Counted from the stretch's first letter, positions 9,390 to 18,200 are shown. The stretch: 64,000 bases of DNA from Chloroflexota bacterium (GCA_030603665.1 JAUVXJ010000013.1:23910-87909), one strand, 5' to 3'. A program made the numbers and translations. The notes: a model not told the origin generated them from the sequence alone.

Positions 9390-10471
9390 TGGCTCAAATC
9401 CCCGAGACGTTCCTCCAACTCGGTCACTCGTTGCGCATCCCCCAAGACTTCGTATCCAGCAAGCGCCCGCTCCAGCCAGCGTACTGCGTGGTACACATTC
9501 CCCATCTTTCCATACATTTCCCCTAATCCAGCCTGCGCCGCCGCTTGCCCCTCTACATCTCCGGCGGCCTCCGCCAGCTCGACGGCCGTCGAGTATCGAG
9601 CCTCAGCCTCAAGGCTGACTCCAATGTGCCGATAGAGATCGCCCAACGTCCGGTAAACGGCCGCGGACTGGCTCCCAGCCTGCACCAACCTTTCGAGAAT
9701 CTCGATCGCTTCGGCAGTGAGATCATAGCCAGTGTAGAGCTGAGCCAAGCCAAAGGCTTCCGCGTCAGGTGTCAATCCCAGGTCAGCGAGTCTGCCAGCA
9801 GCGGCCCGCACGCGTTGGGCGTCATTGGCATTGAGCAAGGTGAGCCCCAGTCCAGGCACATCTTCATCCTGAGAAGATGCGCCATTGTCGGCTTCAACAA
9901 TGAGTAGATAGGTAGCCCCAGATTCGAGGGCTGGCTCACCCGGATAGGTCACACCAGACTCATCCGTCATCGTGCTCCAAATGATCCGGCCCGTGTTGGT
10001 GCCCTTGATCTGCACACTATAGATGGATGCACCTGGGATTTCATTCCAGCGCAGTATCGGCGTACCACTCAGGAGCTGAGTTCTCCGTGGGCTGATGATG
10101 TAGGGAATAGAGGGATCACCTACGCCGCGAGTACTGCCAAGCCCGCTTCCTTCACGCATTCGCGCAGTTTCCTCTGGCGCCGGGCAACCATTCATCACGC
10201 CAGATACCTTGCCGGCGAGCGGAGACCAGGCGGTAAGGTCGTCACAGAGGACAATTGCCCTCGCCTCGCTCGTCGGTTTCAGCAGGTCCCCGCGATGGAG
10301 CACTGCGCCAAAGGCCGTACGGTGGTAGTCCGACCACACCCCGCGCCTCAACCACACTTCGCCCTCGGCCACTATCAGCAGATTGACACTGCTGTCAGCG
10401 GGGGCAGCAGGAGTTGGCTGACTACAAGAGCCAGCAAGAGCTATCGGAATCAGTATCAGTGCTATCGACAA
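9386..10471 (-). CDS. Lipoprotein with C-terminal TPRs, CHAT-operon partner
   Basis: Lipobox-like LAGSC; IPYIISPRRTQLL..P.LRW motif; C-terminal TPRs; GTGA overlap with the CHAT gene. True start may be ATC at 10489. Confidence 0.85.
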   Translation of the reverse strand: MSIALILIPIALAGSCSQPTPAAPADSSVNLLIVAEGEVWLRRGVWSDYHRTAFGAVLHRGDLLKPTSEARAIVLCDDLTAWSPLAGKVSGVMNGCPAPEETARMREGSGLGSTRGVGDPSIPYIISPRRTQLLSGTPILRWNEIPGASIYSVQIKGTNTGRIIWSTMTDESGVTYPGEPALESGATYLLIVEADNGASSQDEDVPGLGLTLLNANDAQRVRAAAGRLADLGLTPDAEAFGLAQLYTGYDLTAEAIEILERLVQAGSQSAAVYRTLGDLYRHIGVSLEAEARYSTAVELAEAAGDVEGQAAAQAGLGEMYGKMGNVYHAVRWLERALAGYEVLGDAQRVTELEERLGDLSQ

Positions 10472-10497
10472 AGATGCTGCGCGTCTGATCGTTCCTC

Positions 10498-11700
10498 CTA
10501 TTCTGCTTCCAGGCGTTGGCTAGCGAATCCGATCCATGCATCTTCATCTGGGTTGCGTGCACTGGCAAGTCTCAGGCAGTCTTCCCATTCAGGCCGAGCA
10601 CGTGCTGCGTCGCCCAGGCCTTCCAGCACCTGGGCGAGCAAACAGTGAGCAGGGGCCTCGTCCTTCGCCAGATCAATGGCGCTCCGTAGGTGATACTCTG
10701 CCTCGTCATAGCGAGCTTGGCCCAGTCGTGCCCAACCCAGGTTCTTGAGCATGTCGTACCTCACCTGGTCCTCCTCGGCGAGGTCTAGACCGCTCAACAG
10801 CAGGGAGACAGCTGCCGCATAGTCTCCGTCCAGCACGTATAAGCGAGCGAGGTTGTTGTAAGCCGCGTCGAGCCCGCCTTGCATCGCAATCCTGTACTCC
10901 GTGCGGGCAAGGTCGAGATCGTGCAGATCTTCGTATAGCAGCCCTAGGTTGTAGTGAGCTTCCGCGTAGTCAGGCCTGAGTTTGATGGCCCGGGAGTAGT
11001 CAGATTGGGCGCTATCCCATCGACCGCCACGGTAGTTCTCCAGACCGCGGTTGTTGTAGGAGACCGCGATCCTTGGCAAGGAGGAACGGAAAAGCATCAG
11101 GCCAAGCAAGAGTACCATCGTGAGGCCAAGCTCGGTTTCCTGCCACGCACTCCTAGGAATACGCAGACTCATGAGTATCCGCTCGATCGCCTTCCGCCCA
11201 GATGTACTCAGCGCGCCCCCAGCTACCAGCATGGTCACCACAATCTGAGCGATGACCGCAAAGACCCCCAGCGCATCTGGACCGTCAGCTAAGAACCTCC
11301 AGGAGATATCCACTATCAGGCTCAAGGATGCTATCAGGCACAGAACAGCCAGGACGCTCCACAGCCAATCGAGGCGTGCCGCCCGCTGAGGCTGCTTGGA
11401 GGTCTCAAAGAACCACCACCATGCCTCGGGTGATGGATTCAACGTGCTGCGCCATTGCGACAGTCCCGCCACCTGGGCGATAGACTCAGATTGCTTCCTC
11501 AGCCGGTCATCTAGCTCGACAAGGGTGATCAGGGTGTGCGCGGAGTCCTGCGTCTTGTCAGTCAATCTTGCGTGAACGGCATCGCGAGCGACAAGGGCTT
11601 CAAGAGCTTGCTCGGCTGATGGATGGGGGGCAGCGTCTTCCAGCACAGTGAGCTTGCTGCCATAGCGTCTGAGGGCACGCTCCAACTGCGAGGCAGTCAT
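10498..11700 (-). CDS. Membrane protein with three TM helices and C-terminal TPRs
   Basis: RBS GGAGGT; hydrophobic segments; PDYAEAHYNLGLLYE, AYNNLARLY, KNLGWARL repeats. Confidence 0.88.
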   Translation of the reverse strand: MTASQLERALRRYGSKLTVLEDAAPHPSAEQALEALVARDAVHARLTDKTQDSAHTLITLVELDDRLRKQSESIAQVAGLSQWRSTLNPSPEAWWWFFETSKQPQRAARLDWLWSVLAVLCLIASLSLIVDISWRFLADGPDALGVFAVIAQIVVTMLVAGGALSTSGRKAIERILMSLRIPRSAWQETELGLTMVLLLGLMLFRSSLPRIAVSYNNRGLENYRGGRWDSAQSDYSRAIKLRPDYAEAHYNLGLLYEDLHDLDLARTEYRIAMQGGLDAAYNNLARLYVLDGDYAAAVSLLLSGLDLAEEDQVRYDMLKNLGWARLGQARYDEAEYHLRSAIDLAKDEAPAHCLLAQVLEGLGDAARARPEWEDCLRLASARNPDEDAWIGFASQRLEAE

Positions 11701-11881
11701 TTGCTACCTCCTTCAAGGTAGGGAGACTGCATCCTTCGACTGACGTGTGAGCTCATTCCCATGTGCGGGCAACTTCCCTACTCTAGGGACGGCGGTCACT
11801 TGGCTGCCGGAGTAGAGCCGAAGTCACTGGATGATAGCACAAGTAGAGAGAGAGGGCAAGCCAGGTTGCCTATAGTGGAAC

Positions 11882-11951
11882 GAGGCCCCGCTGTTGAGGA
11901 GAGAATGTACCAGAAGGTTTGATCAACCTCTGTATCTCGCAACGGGGCCTC
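11882..11951. other. Long imperfect inverted repeat (hairpin)
   Basis: GAGGCCCCG...CGGGGCCTC outer stem, inner CAGAAGGTT/AACCTCTG stem; intergenic. Confidence 0.55.
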
Positions 11952-11960
11952 AAGGGGATT

Positions 11961-12149
11961 CTAGCAGCAACGCCCATCGTCGGCAATCGACTCCCTCTCG
12001 ATACGCTTGACCTCTCGCTGAAACAACAGTGCTGACGCTGCACGAGCGGCTTGGTGTTCCGGGTTCAACTGTAGCACCGCTTGTAGAAAGCACCACTTGT
12101 CCTCAACGTCGTCGGTCTCTGCTGCCAGCCACAGCCAGGCGTGGATCAC
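11961..12149 (-). pseudogene. Short TPR-like fragment
   Basis: AWLWLAAETDDVEDKWCFLQAVLQLNPEHQAAR resembles a single TPR-like unit; no clear RBS. Confidence 0.4.
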
Positions 12150-12378
12150 AAGGGGGCGGGGGCGGCGGACGAATCGGACCTTGAGTTTGGCCGCAGTGGT
12201 ACGGAGCTGGTCAAGCTTGGGAAGGCGGGAGCATCACCGATAGTGGAACCGTTGACCATGCCCAGCGGACGCGGCAAGAATCTCAGATCGCACGGGATGT
12301 CTTGGGGCGGAATGACAGATCACTACAGCGTTCAGGGTATCCCTCGGTCCTCACGGCAGCCGGGGCATGTTGCCTGCG

Positions 12379-12678
12379 CTAGATCAGGCCTTGACTCAGT
12401 TTCTCGTGCAGCATCTCCTCGTAGTCGGGGCCGGTAAGAGTGCAATCGACAAGGTGGTCGAACTCGTCATGGTTGAGCTGAAGATCCTTCCTGACAGATT
12501 CCTGAAAACCGATTCCCCACTCGCCACGCCCCTTTGGGACTCGGACCTTGAAGCGTTTCCGTCCCTCTAGGACAACCCAGTAGATCTCCTCTTTGCCGGA
12601 TCTGTACTGGCCCGGTACCTTCTTGTCCACCGCCGATCGGACTTTCTGCTTACGATATCTTTTCGCTCTTGGCGACAT
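12379..12678 (-). CDS. HicA-like small basic toxin
   Basis: 99 aa basic protein, RSGKE..YW....G.....V.VPKG.GE.G.G...S....L.L...EF; lies downstream of a HicB-like gene. Confidence 0.55.
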   Translation of the reverse strand: MSPRAKRYRKQKVRSAVDKKVPGQYRSGKEEIYWVVLEGRKRFKVRVPKGRGEWGIGFQESVRKDLQLNHDEFDHLVDCTLTGPDYEEMLHEKLSQGLI

Positions 12679-13252
12679 AGTCTCGAAGTACCCTCGACCA
12701 AGCCGTGGGGAGCTTGCCAAGTTCTTCCGGGTCGGCCTCAGTCAGTTCCTCGTATAGAAGTATGACTTGGTCCTTGAGGTCATTGACTGCCTCAGCAGGC
12801 GTGGTGCCCCAGCCGCGGGCCTCCACTTCCAGGAACGTCGCGACCGCTTCGTCGCGGTACTCTTCGACCACGACGGGAATCGGATGCCGGAGGGAGTATG
12901 ACGATGAGTTTAGATCAACGATCGCGGTGCTGGTCACGACCGGTCTACTCAGCAATGCTTCGCTTAGCTCCAATACTGCACCCTCCAGCCTCTCCAACCT
13001 GTCTTCGAGGTTGGCCGGCGTGCGGGTGCCAAGCTCCCCCGTGCGCATCATGGAGAGCCACTGCTGGCCGAGTGTGGGCCACTCCTGAGAGTACTCTAGT
13101 GGTAGGATGTCCGTCGACAAGGCAACCGGATCCTCCCAATGACCCTCGTCGTACTTCAACACCAAGCGTACCGATTCGCCAATCTTCAGGGTGCCGCGGG
13201 CGATTGTGGGGTCGTCCTTCCACGCACCGTCCAGTTCTTTCCACTCACTCAT
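12650..13252 (-). CDS. HicB-like antitoxin (C-terminal partial RNase H fold)
   Basis: Start ATG 13252 overlaps the upstream stop. LRHPIPVVVEEYRDEAVATFLEVEARGWGTTPAEAVNDLKDQVILLYEEL is HicB-like; acidic. Confidence 0.6.
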   Translation of the reverse strand: MSEWKELDGAWKDDPTIARGTLKIGESVRLVLKYDEGHWEDPVALSTDILPLEYSQEWPTLGQQWLSMMRTGELGTRTPANLEDRLERLEGAVLELSEALLSRPVVTSTAIVDLNSSSYSLRHPIPVVVEEYRDEAVATFLEVEARGWGTTPAEAVNDLKDQVILLYEELTEADPEELGKLPTAWSRVLRDYVAKSEKIS

Positions 13253-13895
13253 CTGGCCCACCAAACTCCTTCGAAATACCCGCCGCGAATCGCAGGACGT
13301 CACTAGGCAGCTCTGGCGTGAATCTTGACAAGTACTCAAACGATATCAAATGTCTCACCGTGTCGGCCTTAGGTGGTGCATGATCGATGATTATGTCATA
13401 CAAGTGTGCTTCGTCTCGCACCTTGGCCAAGTGCACCCCTCGGATATCGGTGTAGGGCAATCTCGTTGCGTGACCGACTACAAGAGGCATGGGAACACAC
13501 GAGACATATTCGCTCGCTCGATATCGGAAACTGGCTCGGCAGTCGAACGCGTGCTCCTCAGGCATGTCAGAAAGCATGTGTAGCATGTCAAGCACGGGTC
13601 TTGTCCCCTCGGGCACTGGCACAGATGCCGTCGTGCCAACCGAATAGGTCAAAACAAGCCGATATTCTTCACCTCCTGGTTTGACCTGGACAATGCTACC
13701 CAAGCAGGCGTGTTCGACCCGACTCCTCCGGTACTCAGTATAGAAGAAAGCGACGCTTCTGCCTGAGGAGGCTCTCACCGCGTATTCGACCAGTAGGTCG
13801 GTGAAGGATGCGGAATCGAGCTCTAATAGGGCCTCAAGGGCCAATTCCGTAGCAGATGATCGTACTAGGTCGAGTCTTGAGGGGTCGCTAGCCAT
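13245..13895 (-). CDS. Hypothetical protein, first gene of the HicB/HicA-like operon
   Basis: 216-aa ORF overlapping the next gene by 8 nt; no family recognised. Confidence 0.7.
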   Translation of the reverse strand: MASDPSRLDLVRSSATELALEALLELDSASFTDLLVEYAVRASSGRSVAFFYTEYRRSRVEHACLGSIVQVKPGGEEYRLVLTYSVGTTASVPVPEGTRPVLDMLHMLSDMPEEHAFDCRASFRYRASEYVSCVPMPLVVGHATRLPYTDIRGVHLAKVRDEAHLYDIIIDHAPPKADTVRHLISFEYLSRFTPELPSDVLRFAAGISKEFGGPDE

Positions 13896-14111
13896 TAGCG
13901 CTCGATGGCGAGGTAGTTCGCGGGCGTCATTAGATTCTTCGCTCTCACGGGCGTCCGCATTGTCTTGCGCGACAGCATACGAGCAGGAAGCCCGTTGGAT
14001 GGCGCTTCCCGAGCACTACACGATCGCCCGCTCAGTGCTGACGCAACCGCCAGCTCACCATACGCAGAGTCGGGCGAATCACATGCCGGCGGACTCACTG
14101 CCAATGGAGAC

Positions 14112-14140
14112 ATTGTACATCGATTCTCCAAGAATGTCAA
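14112..14140 (-). promoter_or_regulatory. Near-consensus sigma70 promoter; -35 supplied by the element edge
   Basis: Minus strand reads TTGACA-17 nt-TACAAT. Confidence 0.75.
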
Positions 14141-14381
14141 CCCAAGCACAACACCCGCTCCAGCTCTACCGCCGTATTTGCGCTCCACACGGGCAGGCGT
14201 GTGGCTACTGCGGTAAGGCACCCAAGCTGACCAAGCCCACACTATGAGGCAGCCAAAATGTGGTGCCAGCGTGGCAGAACGAATTGCCGCCCCGCTCGAT
14301 CCAACGTACAATGGGTTGGCCTCACTGACTATAGATGTATCACCAAGCTGAAAGGCGCTCCAGATGCGCTGGAGTATTGTC
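14135..14381. repeat. Conserved non-coding element, copy 2
   Basis: Homologous to 552-803; ends CTCCAG-N5-CTGGAG-TATTGTC before comM CACAAC. Confidence 0.9.
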
Positions 14382-15263
14382 CACAACGTGCTCATGACTG
14401 GACCGCCCGGAGCTGGCAAGACTCTCATGGCGCGGTCCTTGCCTTCCATCCTGCCCAGCATGACCATCGAGGAAGCCCTCGACGTGACCAAGATCTACTC
14501 CGTCTCTGGTCTGTTGCCCCCTGAGACCCCCCTCATCCGCCACCGTCCTTTCCGCGCCCCCCACCATACCATCAGCCACGCCGGTCTCGTGGGCGGCGGC
14601 CAGTGGCCTCGCCCAGGGGAGATCAGCCTAGCCCACCACGGAGTGCTTTTCCTGGACGAGGTCCCAGAGTTCGGCACCCGGGTGCTAGAGGTGATGCGCC
14701 AGCCCATGGAGGACAAGGTGGTGACCATCAGCCGGGCCCAGGGTACCCTCACCTTCCCAGCCAAGTTCACCCTGATAGGAGCCATGAACCCCTGTCCGTG
14801 TGGCTACTTCGGAGACCCTAGCCGGGAGTGCACCTGCGCCCTGTCCATGGTCAGCCGGTACCAGAAGCGCCTCTCGGGACCCCTACTGGACCGCATCGAC
14901 ATCCACATCGACGTGCCGCGGGTGGATTATGAGAAGCTAACCGACGATCGTCTGGGCGAGCCGTCGGAGGCCATCCGCAAGCGCGTGGAGAAAGCCCGCC
15001 GCGCACAGCGCCAGCGCTTCGAGGGCACGCCAATGACCTGCAACGCAGACATGGGCCCCGCCGAGGTTAGAGAGTATTGCCAGGTCGATGACGCGGGAGG
15101 GAGCCTGCTGCGGGCAGCCATGGAGCAGCTGCAGATGAGCGCCCGAGCCTTCCATCGCGTGCTCAAGCTGGGCCGCACCATCGCCGACCTGGCCGGGTCG
15201 GAGACCATCGAGACCGCCCACCTGGCCGAGGCTATCCAGTACCGGCCCAGGACGCACATGTAA
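14364..15263 (+). CDS. comM: ComM/YifB AAA+ ATPase, 5'-truncated (copy 2)
   Basis: Same motifs and same truncation point as copy 1; one amino-acid difference from HNVLM to the stop. Confidence 0.93.
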   Translation: MRWSIVHNVLMTGPPGAGKTLMARSLPSILPSMTIEEALDVTKIYSVSGLLPPETPLIRHRPFRAPHHTISHAGLVGGGQWPRPGEISLAHHGVLFLDEVPEFGTRVLEVMRQPMEDKVVTISRAQGTLTFPAKFTLIGAMNPCPCGYFGDPSRECTCALSMVSRYQKRLSGPLLDRIDIHIDVPRVDYEKLTDDRLGEPSEAIRKRVEKARRAQRQRFEGTPMTCNADMGPAEVREYCQVDDAGGSLLRAAMEQLQMSARAFHRVLKLGRTIADLAGSETIETAHLAEAIQYRPRTHM

Positions 15264-15508
15264 GTCTGTCGGCTTGTTGCGACGCTCTGGATGCGCGATG
15301 AGGAGCATCGCCAACTCGCGCAGACAGGAGTGTTACTACTGGTGCGTTCGATGGGCCTAGCCCAGGGGGTTCTGCCCGAGAGGGTGGCAATCTCAGTTCC
15401 GCAATCTCATTGGGAGGGGCGGCGTCAACCCAGAAACGGCAGATTTCTGGACCTCTGCGCAGTATCGCGGAGACAGATGAGGAGGTTGGATCACCAAGGA
15501 GGAGAGAG

Positions 15509-16213
15509 ATGAGGAGGAAATCGCTGCTCGTAGCAGCATCGGTGTTGGCCCTGTGGATACTGCTAGTGACGCCAGCGTTCGCTCAGGGTCCATCGCCTGA
15601 GGAGAAACTACAGGAACTCGCTTCCCAGGCTGGGCCGGCCCAATTCGTGATGTGTGGGCTCGATTTCTGCGCCTACGTCACCAACGAGGACAACCTGAAC
15701 AACGCCGGTGTGGACACCGCCGACAATGACATGGGATGGAATCGGCCGCTGTACGATGCCATATATCGCACCTGCCAGGGCAATGCCAAGCATCCCATCG
15801 AGTCCACCATCGACGTGCCCAGCGCGCCCTTCAACACCGACGCCACACTCTCCCTCAACGCATTGGACACCGGCATCCTGTGGCCGGATATTCAACGCGT
15901 CGAGTTAAATGGATCGTTGTGGGAACCGGAGATAGAGTACGTCCACACCAATCCAGACGGCCGGACCTGGGTCTGGTGGCAAGGCCACATCGACCCCGCT
16001 CACGTACGAGTGGCCCCCAGCCAGAATCTGGTGAGGGTATACCTGAAGAGTGGGCGATGCATCCAGCTCGGGGGCAGCTTCATTCTCATGACCGACCACG
16101 CCATCGTCCTCGAGGAAGAGTTCGTGCCCGAGCCCGGTACCATCGTCCTCCTAGGTAGCGGGATGGCTGGGCTGGCAGGATATGCCAGCTGGCGCTGGAG
16201 GACGAGAAGGTAG
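15509..16213 (+). CDS. PEP-CTERM sorting-domain protein
   Basis: RBS GGAGG, signal peptide MRRKSLLVAASVLAL...AFA, C-terminus EFVPEPGTIVLLGSGMAGLAGYASWRWRTRR. Confidence 0.88.
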   Translation: MRRKSLLVAASVLALWILLVTPAFAQGPSPEEKLQELASQAGPAQFVMCGLDFCAYVTNEDNLNNAGVDTADNDMGWNRPLYDAIYRTCQGNAKHPIESTIDVPSAPFNTDATLSLNALDTGILWPDIQRVELNGSLWEPEIEYVHTNPDGRTWVWWQGHIDPAHVRVAPSQNLVRVYLKSGRCIQLGGSFILMTDHAIVLEEEFVPEPGTIVLLGSGMAGLAGYASWRWRTRR

Positions 16214-16360
16214 TGCCCCTGTACCAAGCGAGGGGGCGGCAAAGGGGCCAGCAAGCAGCAGTGTCCTGGTCTCCGGTATCGGACCGCCGGCTCCCATGGC
16301 AGCGGGCAGACGGGGCCCTCAAGGAGCCGCCCAGTCGACGCGCGCGAAAGGAGAGTCCAA

Positions 16361-17365
16361 ATGACGAGGACCCTGGTAGCGACCGCGCTCCTCGCGGTAG
16401 CCCTGCTGACGCTCCTCACCGGCTGCGGTCAACTGGCAACACAGGTACCTGCACCGACCCTACCGCCAGAGCCATCGGCCACTCCGCCGCCGCCCACCAA
16501 CACTGTGCCACCTACACCGCCTGAAACGGTCACCGCCCCTCCGCCCGCTGCCACGCCGACCAGCACTCATATCCCTACTCACACACCGGGGCCAAGGATA
16601 CTTGCCTTCCAGATCACGCCGACCGCCACGGCCAACGTGGGCGACGTACTCACGATGTCCTGGCAGGCAACGGGCGAGCGGGCCGAGATCTGCCCCGTCG
16701 GTGCCTTGGGACCCATCGAGCAGCTTTGCCGTGCCGTGTCCGTGTCAGGGAGCACACAGTGGACGACCGACGAAGAGGCGATGAGCTACTCCGGCTTTGC
16801 CCTGCGGGCCTGGTATGGCACGGCCAATACGCTGAAGGTCGTCGAAGTCAAGCTTCAGTGCCAGAACCTGCGCCAGTGGTTCTTCCCCAACCCCCCGCAG
16901 AACTGCCCCGCCGCCCAGGCCGCTACCTCCTATGCTGTCGGTCAGTATTTTGAGGACGGCTTCATGATCTGGATCCAGGAGCCAGACAGCTTCTACGTCT
17001 TCTATCAAGGCCAGGACGCAGCAGGGTTCCAGACCTTCGACTGGGTCATTGATCCCGGCACGGCGCTCAAGCGGGGCGCCTCGCCCGACAACCGGGTTGG
17101 GGAGCCGACGCCAGCTGGCCTGTTCGAGCCGGTGAGCGGCTTTGGCATGGTCTGGCGAGGAGAGATCAACGGCATCCGCCCCGACGTACGTGAGCGCCTG
17201 GGCTGGGCGACTGAGCCCGAATTCGCCTTCGACAGCGCCCACCAATGCATGACCCTATCGCTAATGCGCTACTGGGTCTGTTTCCAGCGCGGACCGCGCG
17301 GCGAGATCCTGCACCTGCACCCCGATTCGACCGCCCAGGTGCGCTTTCTTTGGGAAGAATGGTAG
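16361..17365 (+). CDS. Lipoprotein with Pro/Thr-rich linker
   Basis: Lipobox LTGC; PT-rich region; PVSGFGMVWR...VRERLGWAT motif. Confidence 0.85.
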   Translation: MTRTLVATALLAVALLTLLTGCGQLATQVPAPTLPPEPSATPPPPTNTVPPTPPETVTAPPPAATPTSTHIPTHTPGPRILAFQITPTATANVGDVLTMSWQATGERAEICPVGALGPIEQLCRAVSVSGSTQWTTDEEAMSYSGFALRAWYGTANTLKVVEVKLQCQNLRQWFFPNPPQNCPAAQAATSYAVGQYFEDGFMIWIQEPDSFYVFYQGQDAAGFQTFDWVIDPGTALKRGASPDNRVGEPTPAGLFEPVSGFGMVWRGEINGIRPDVRERLGWATEPEFAFDSAHQCMTLSLMRYWVCFQRGPRGEILHLHPDSTAQVRFLWEEW

Positions 17366-17532
17366 AACGGTCGCCGCGAACCAGGCGGGGTGGAGTAGGT
17401 GTGGTTCAGAAGCAACCGGATGCGGTAACCCCGCCGTCCCTCGCGCAAGGCAGCGCGATGTGCTAGAGTCACAGTGAGAGACGTTTTGGAACGCTTGTAC
17501 TCATCAGATATTGGACCGAAGGAGGTAGCAGA

Positions 17533-18090
17533 GTGCTAGTAGACCGCATCATCGGAGCGTTCACCTTCCGCAAGGGAGTCTATGCGGAAGTCGAGCAGGA
17601 TGCCGCGTTCTCCACCACTGCGTGGATCCTCGTCGTCGTGGTGGCGTTTTTCAACCAGCTTGGGGCAGCTGCATCCCCAAACCTCACAGGATGGCTGATT
17701 GGCGCGGCGGTGGGCACAGTCATTGCAGTCGTCGCTTTCGCCCTGGGCGCCTTCGTTGTCAACCTGGTGGGGCGCGCGGCATATAACGCCGAAGTGAACT
17801 TCGACGAGATGGTTCGCACCCTGGGACTGGCCTACGTCTGGCAAATCGTGGGAGCCATCGGCATCGTGGCCGCCTTCTCACCCGCCCTATCCGGCGTGAC
17901 GACTCTTGCAGTCGCTGTGGCCGCGGTATTGGGGCTCATCGCCTGGCTCGTGGCGACGAAGGAAGCGCTGGATCTAGCGTGGCTTCATACCATCGTGACC
18001 GTGATCATCGGCTGGCTGGTATTCGCGTCCATCGTGGTAGCAGGCAACATAGTGCTGTCGAACCTGGGCCTCGGTGTGCCTGTGGTGTGA
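17533..18090 (+). CDS. Yip1-family membrane protein
   Basis: RBS GGAGG; five TM helices; F.EMVRTLGLAY. Confidence 0.75.
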   Translation: MLVDRIIGAFTFRKGVYAEVEQDAAFSTTAWILVVVVAFFNQLGAAASPNLTGWLIGAAVGTVIAVVAFALGAFVVNLVGRAAYNAEVNFDEMVRTLGLAYVWQIVGAIGIVAAFSPALSGVTTLAVAVAAVLGLIAWLVATKEALDLAWLHTIVTVIIGWLVFASIVVAGNIVLSNLGLGVPVV

Positions 18091-18200
18091 GGGCTCCTCG
18101 CGTATCCAGGTCCTGACAGCAATTAGTCAACACCCGCGCCGAGGGCCAGCGGCAGGCGCGGAAAGCGGCCATCTCTGCCCTCATCACTCTTCATGGTCTT

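Larger units (their letters stand above)
804..14381. mobile_element. Putative 13,578-bp comM-restoring cassette (comM 3' half + cargo + conserved element), no integrase inside
   Basis: Bounded by identical GTCCACAACGT junctions 13,578 bp apart. Cargo is toxin-antitoxin and surface-protein genes. Mobility is inferred, not shown. Confidence 0.6.

Noticed and set aside
13895..14113. Upstream ORF ending in a TAATG overlap with the 13895 gene
   Set aside because: Low-complexity translation with no RBS; coupling is possible but unsupported.
1686..14134. Integrase or transposase within the cassette
   Set aside because: No ORF with tyrosine/serine recombinase or DDE motifs was recognised.
786..15263. 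comM duplication as a simple assembly repeat artefact
   Set aside because: The copies differ at dozens of mostly synonymous sites and have distinct flanks and diverged upstream elements. A strain chimera cannot be fully excluded without reads.
786..15263. Diversity-generating retroelement TR/VR pair
   Set aside because: Differences are third-position and not adenine-specific, and no reverse transcriptase is present.
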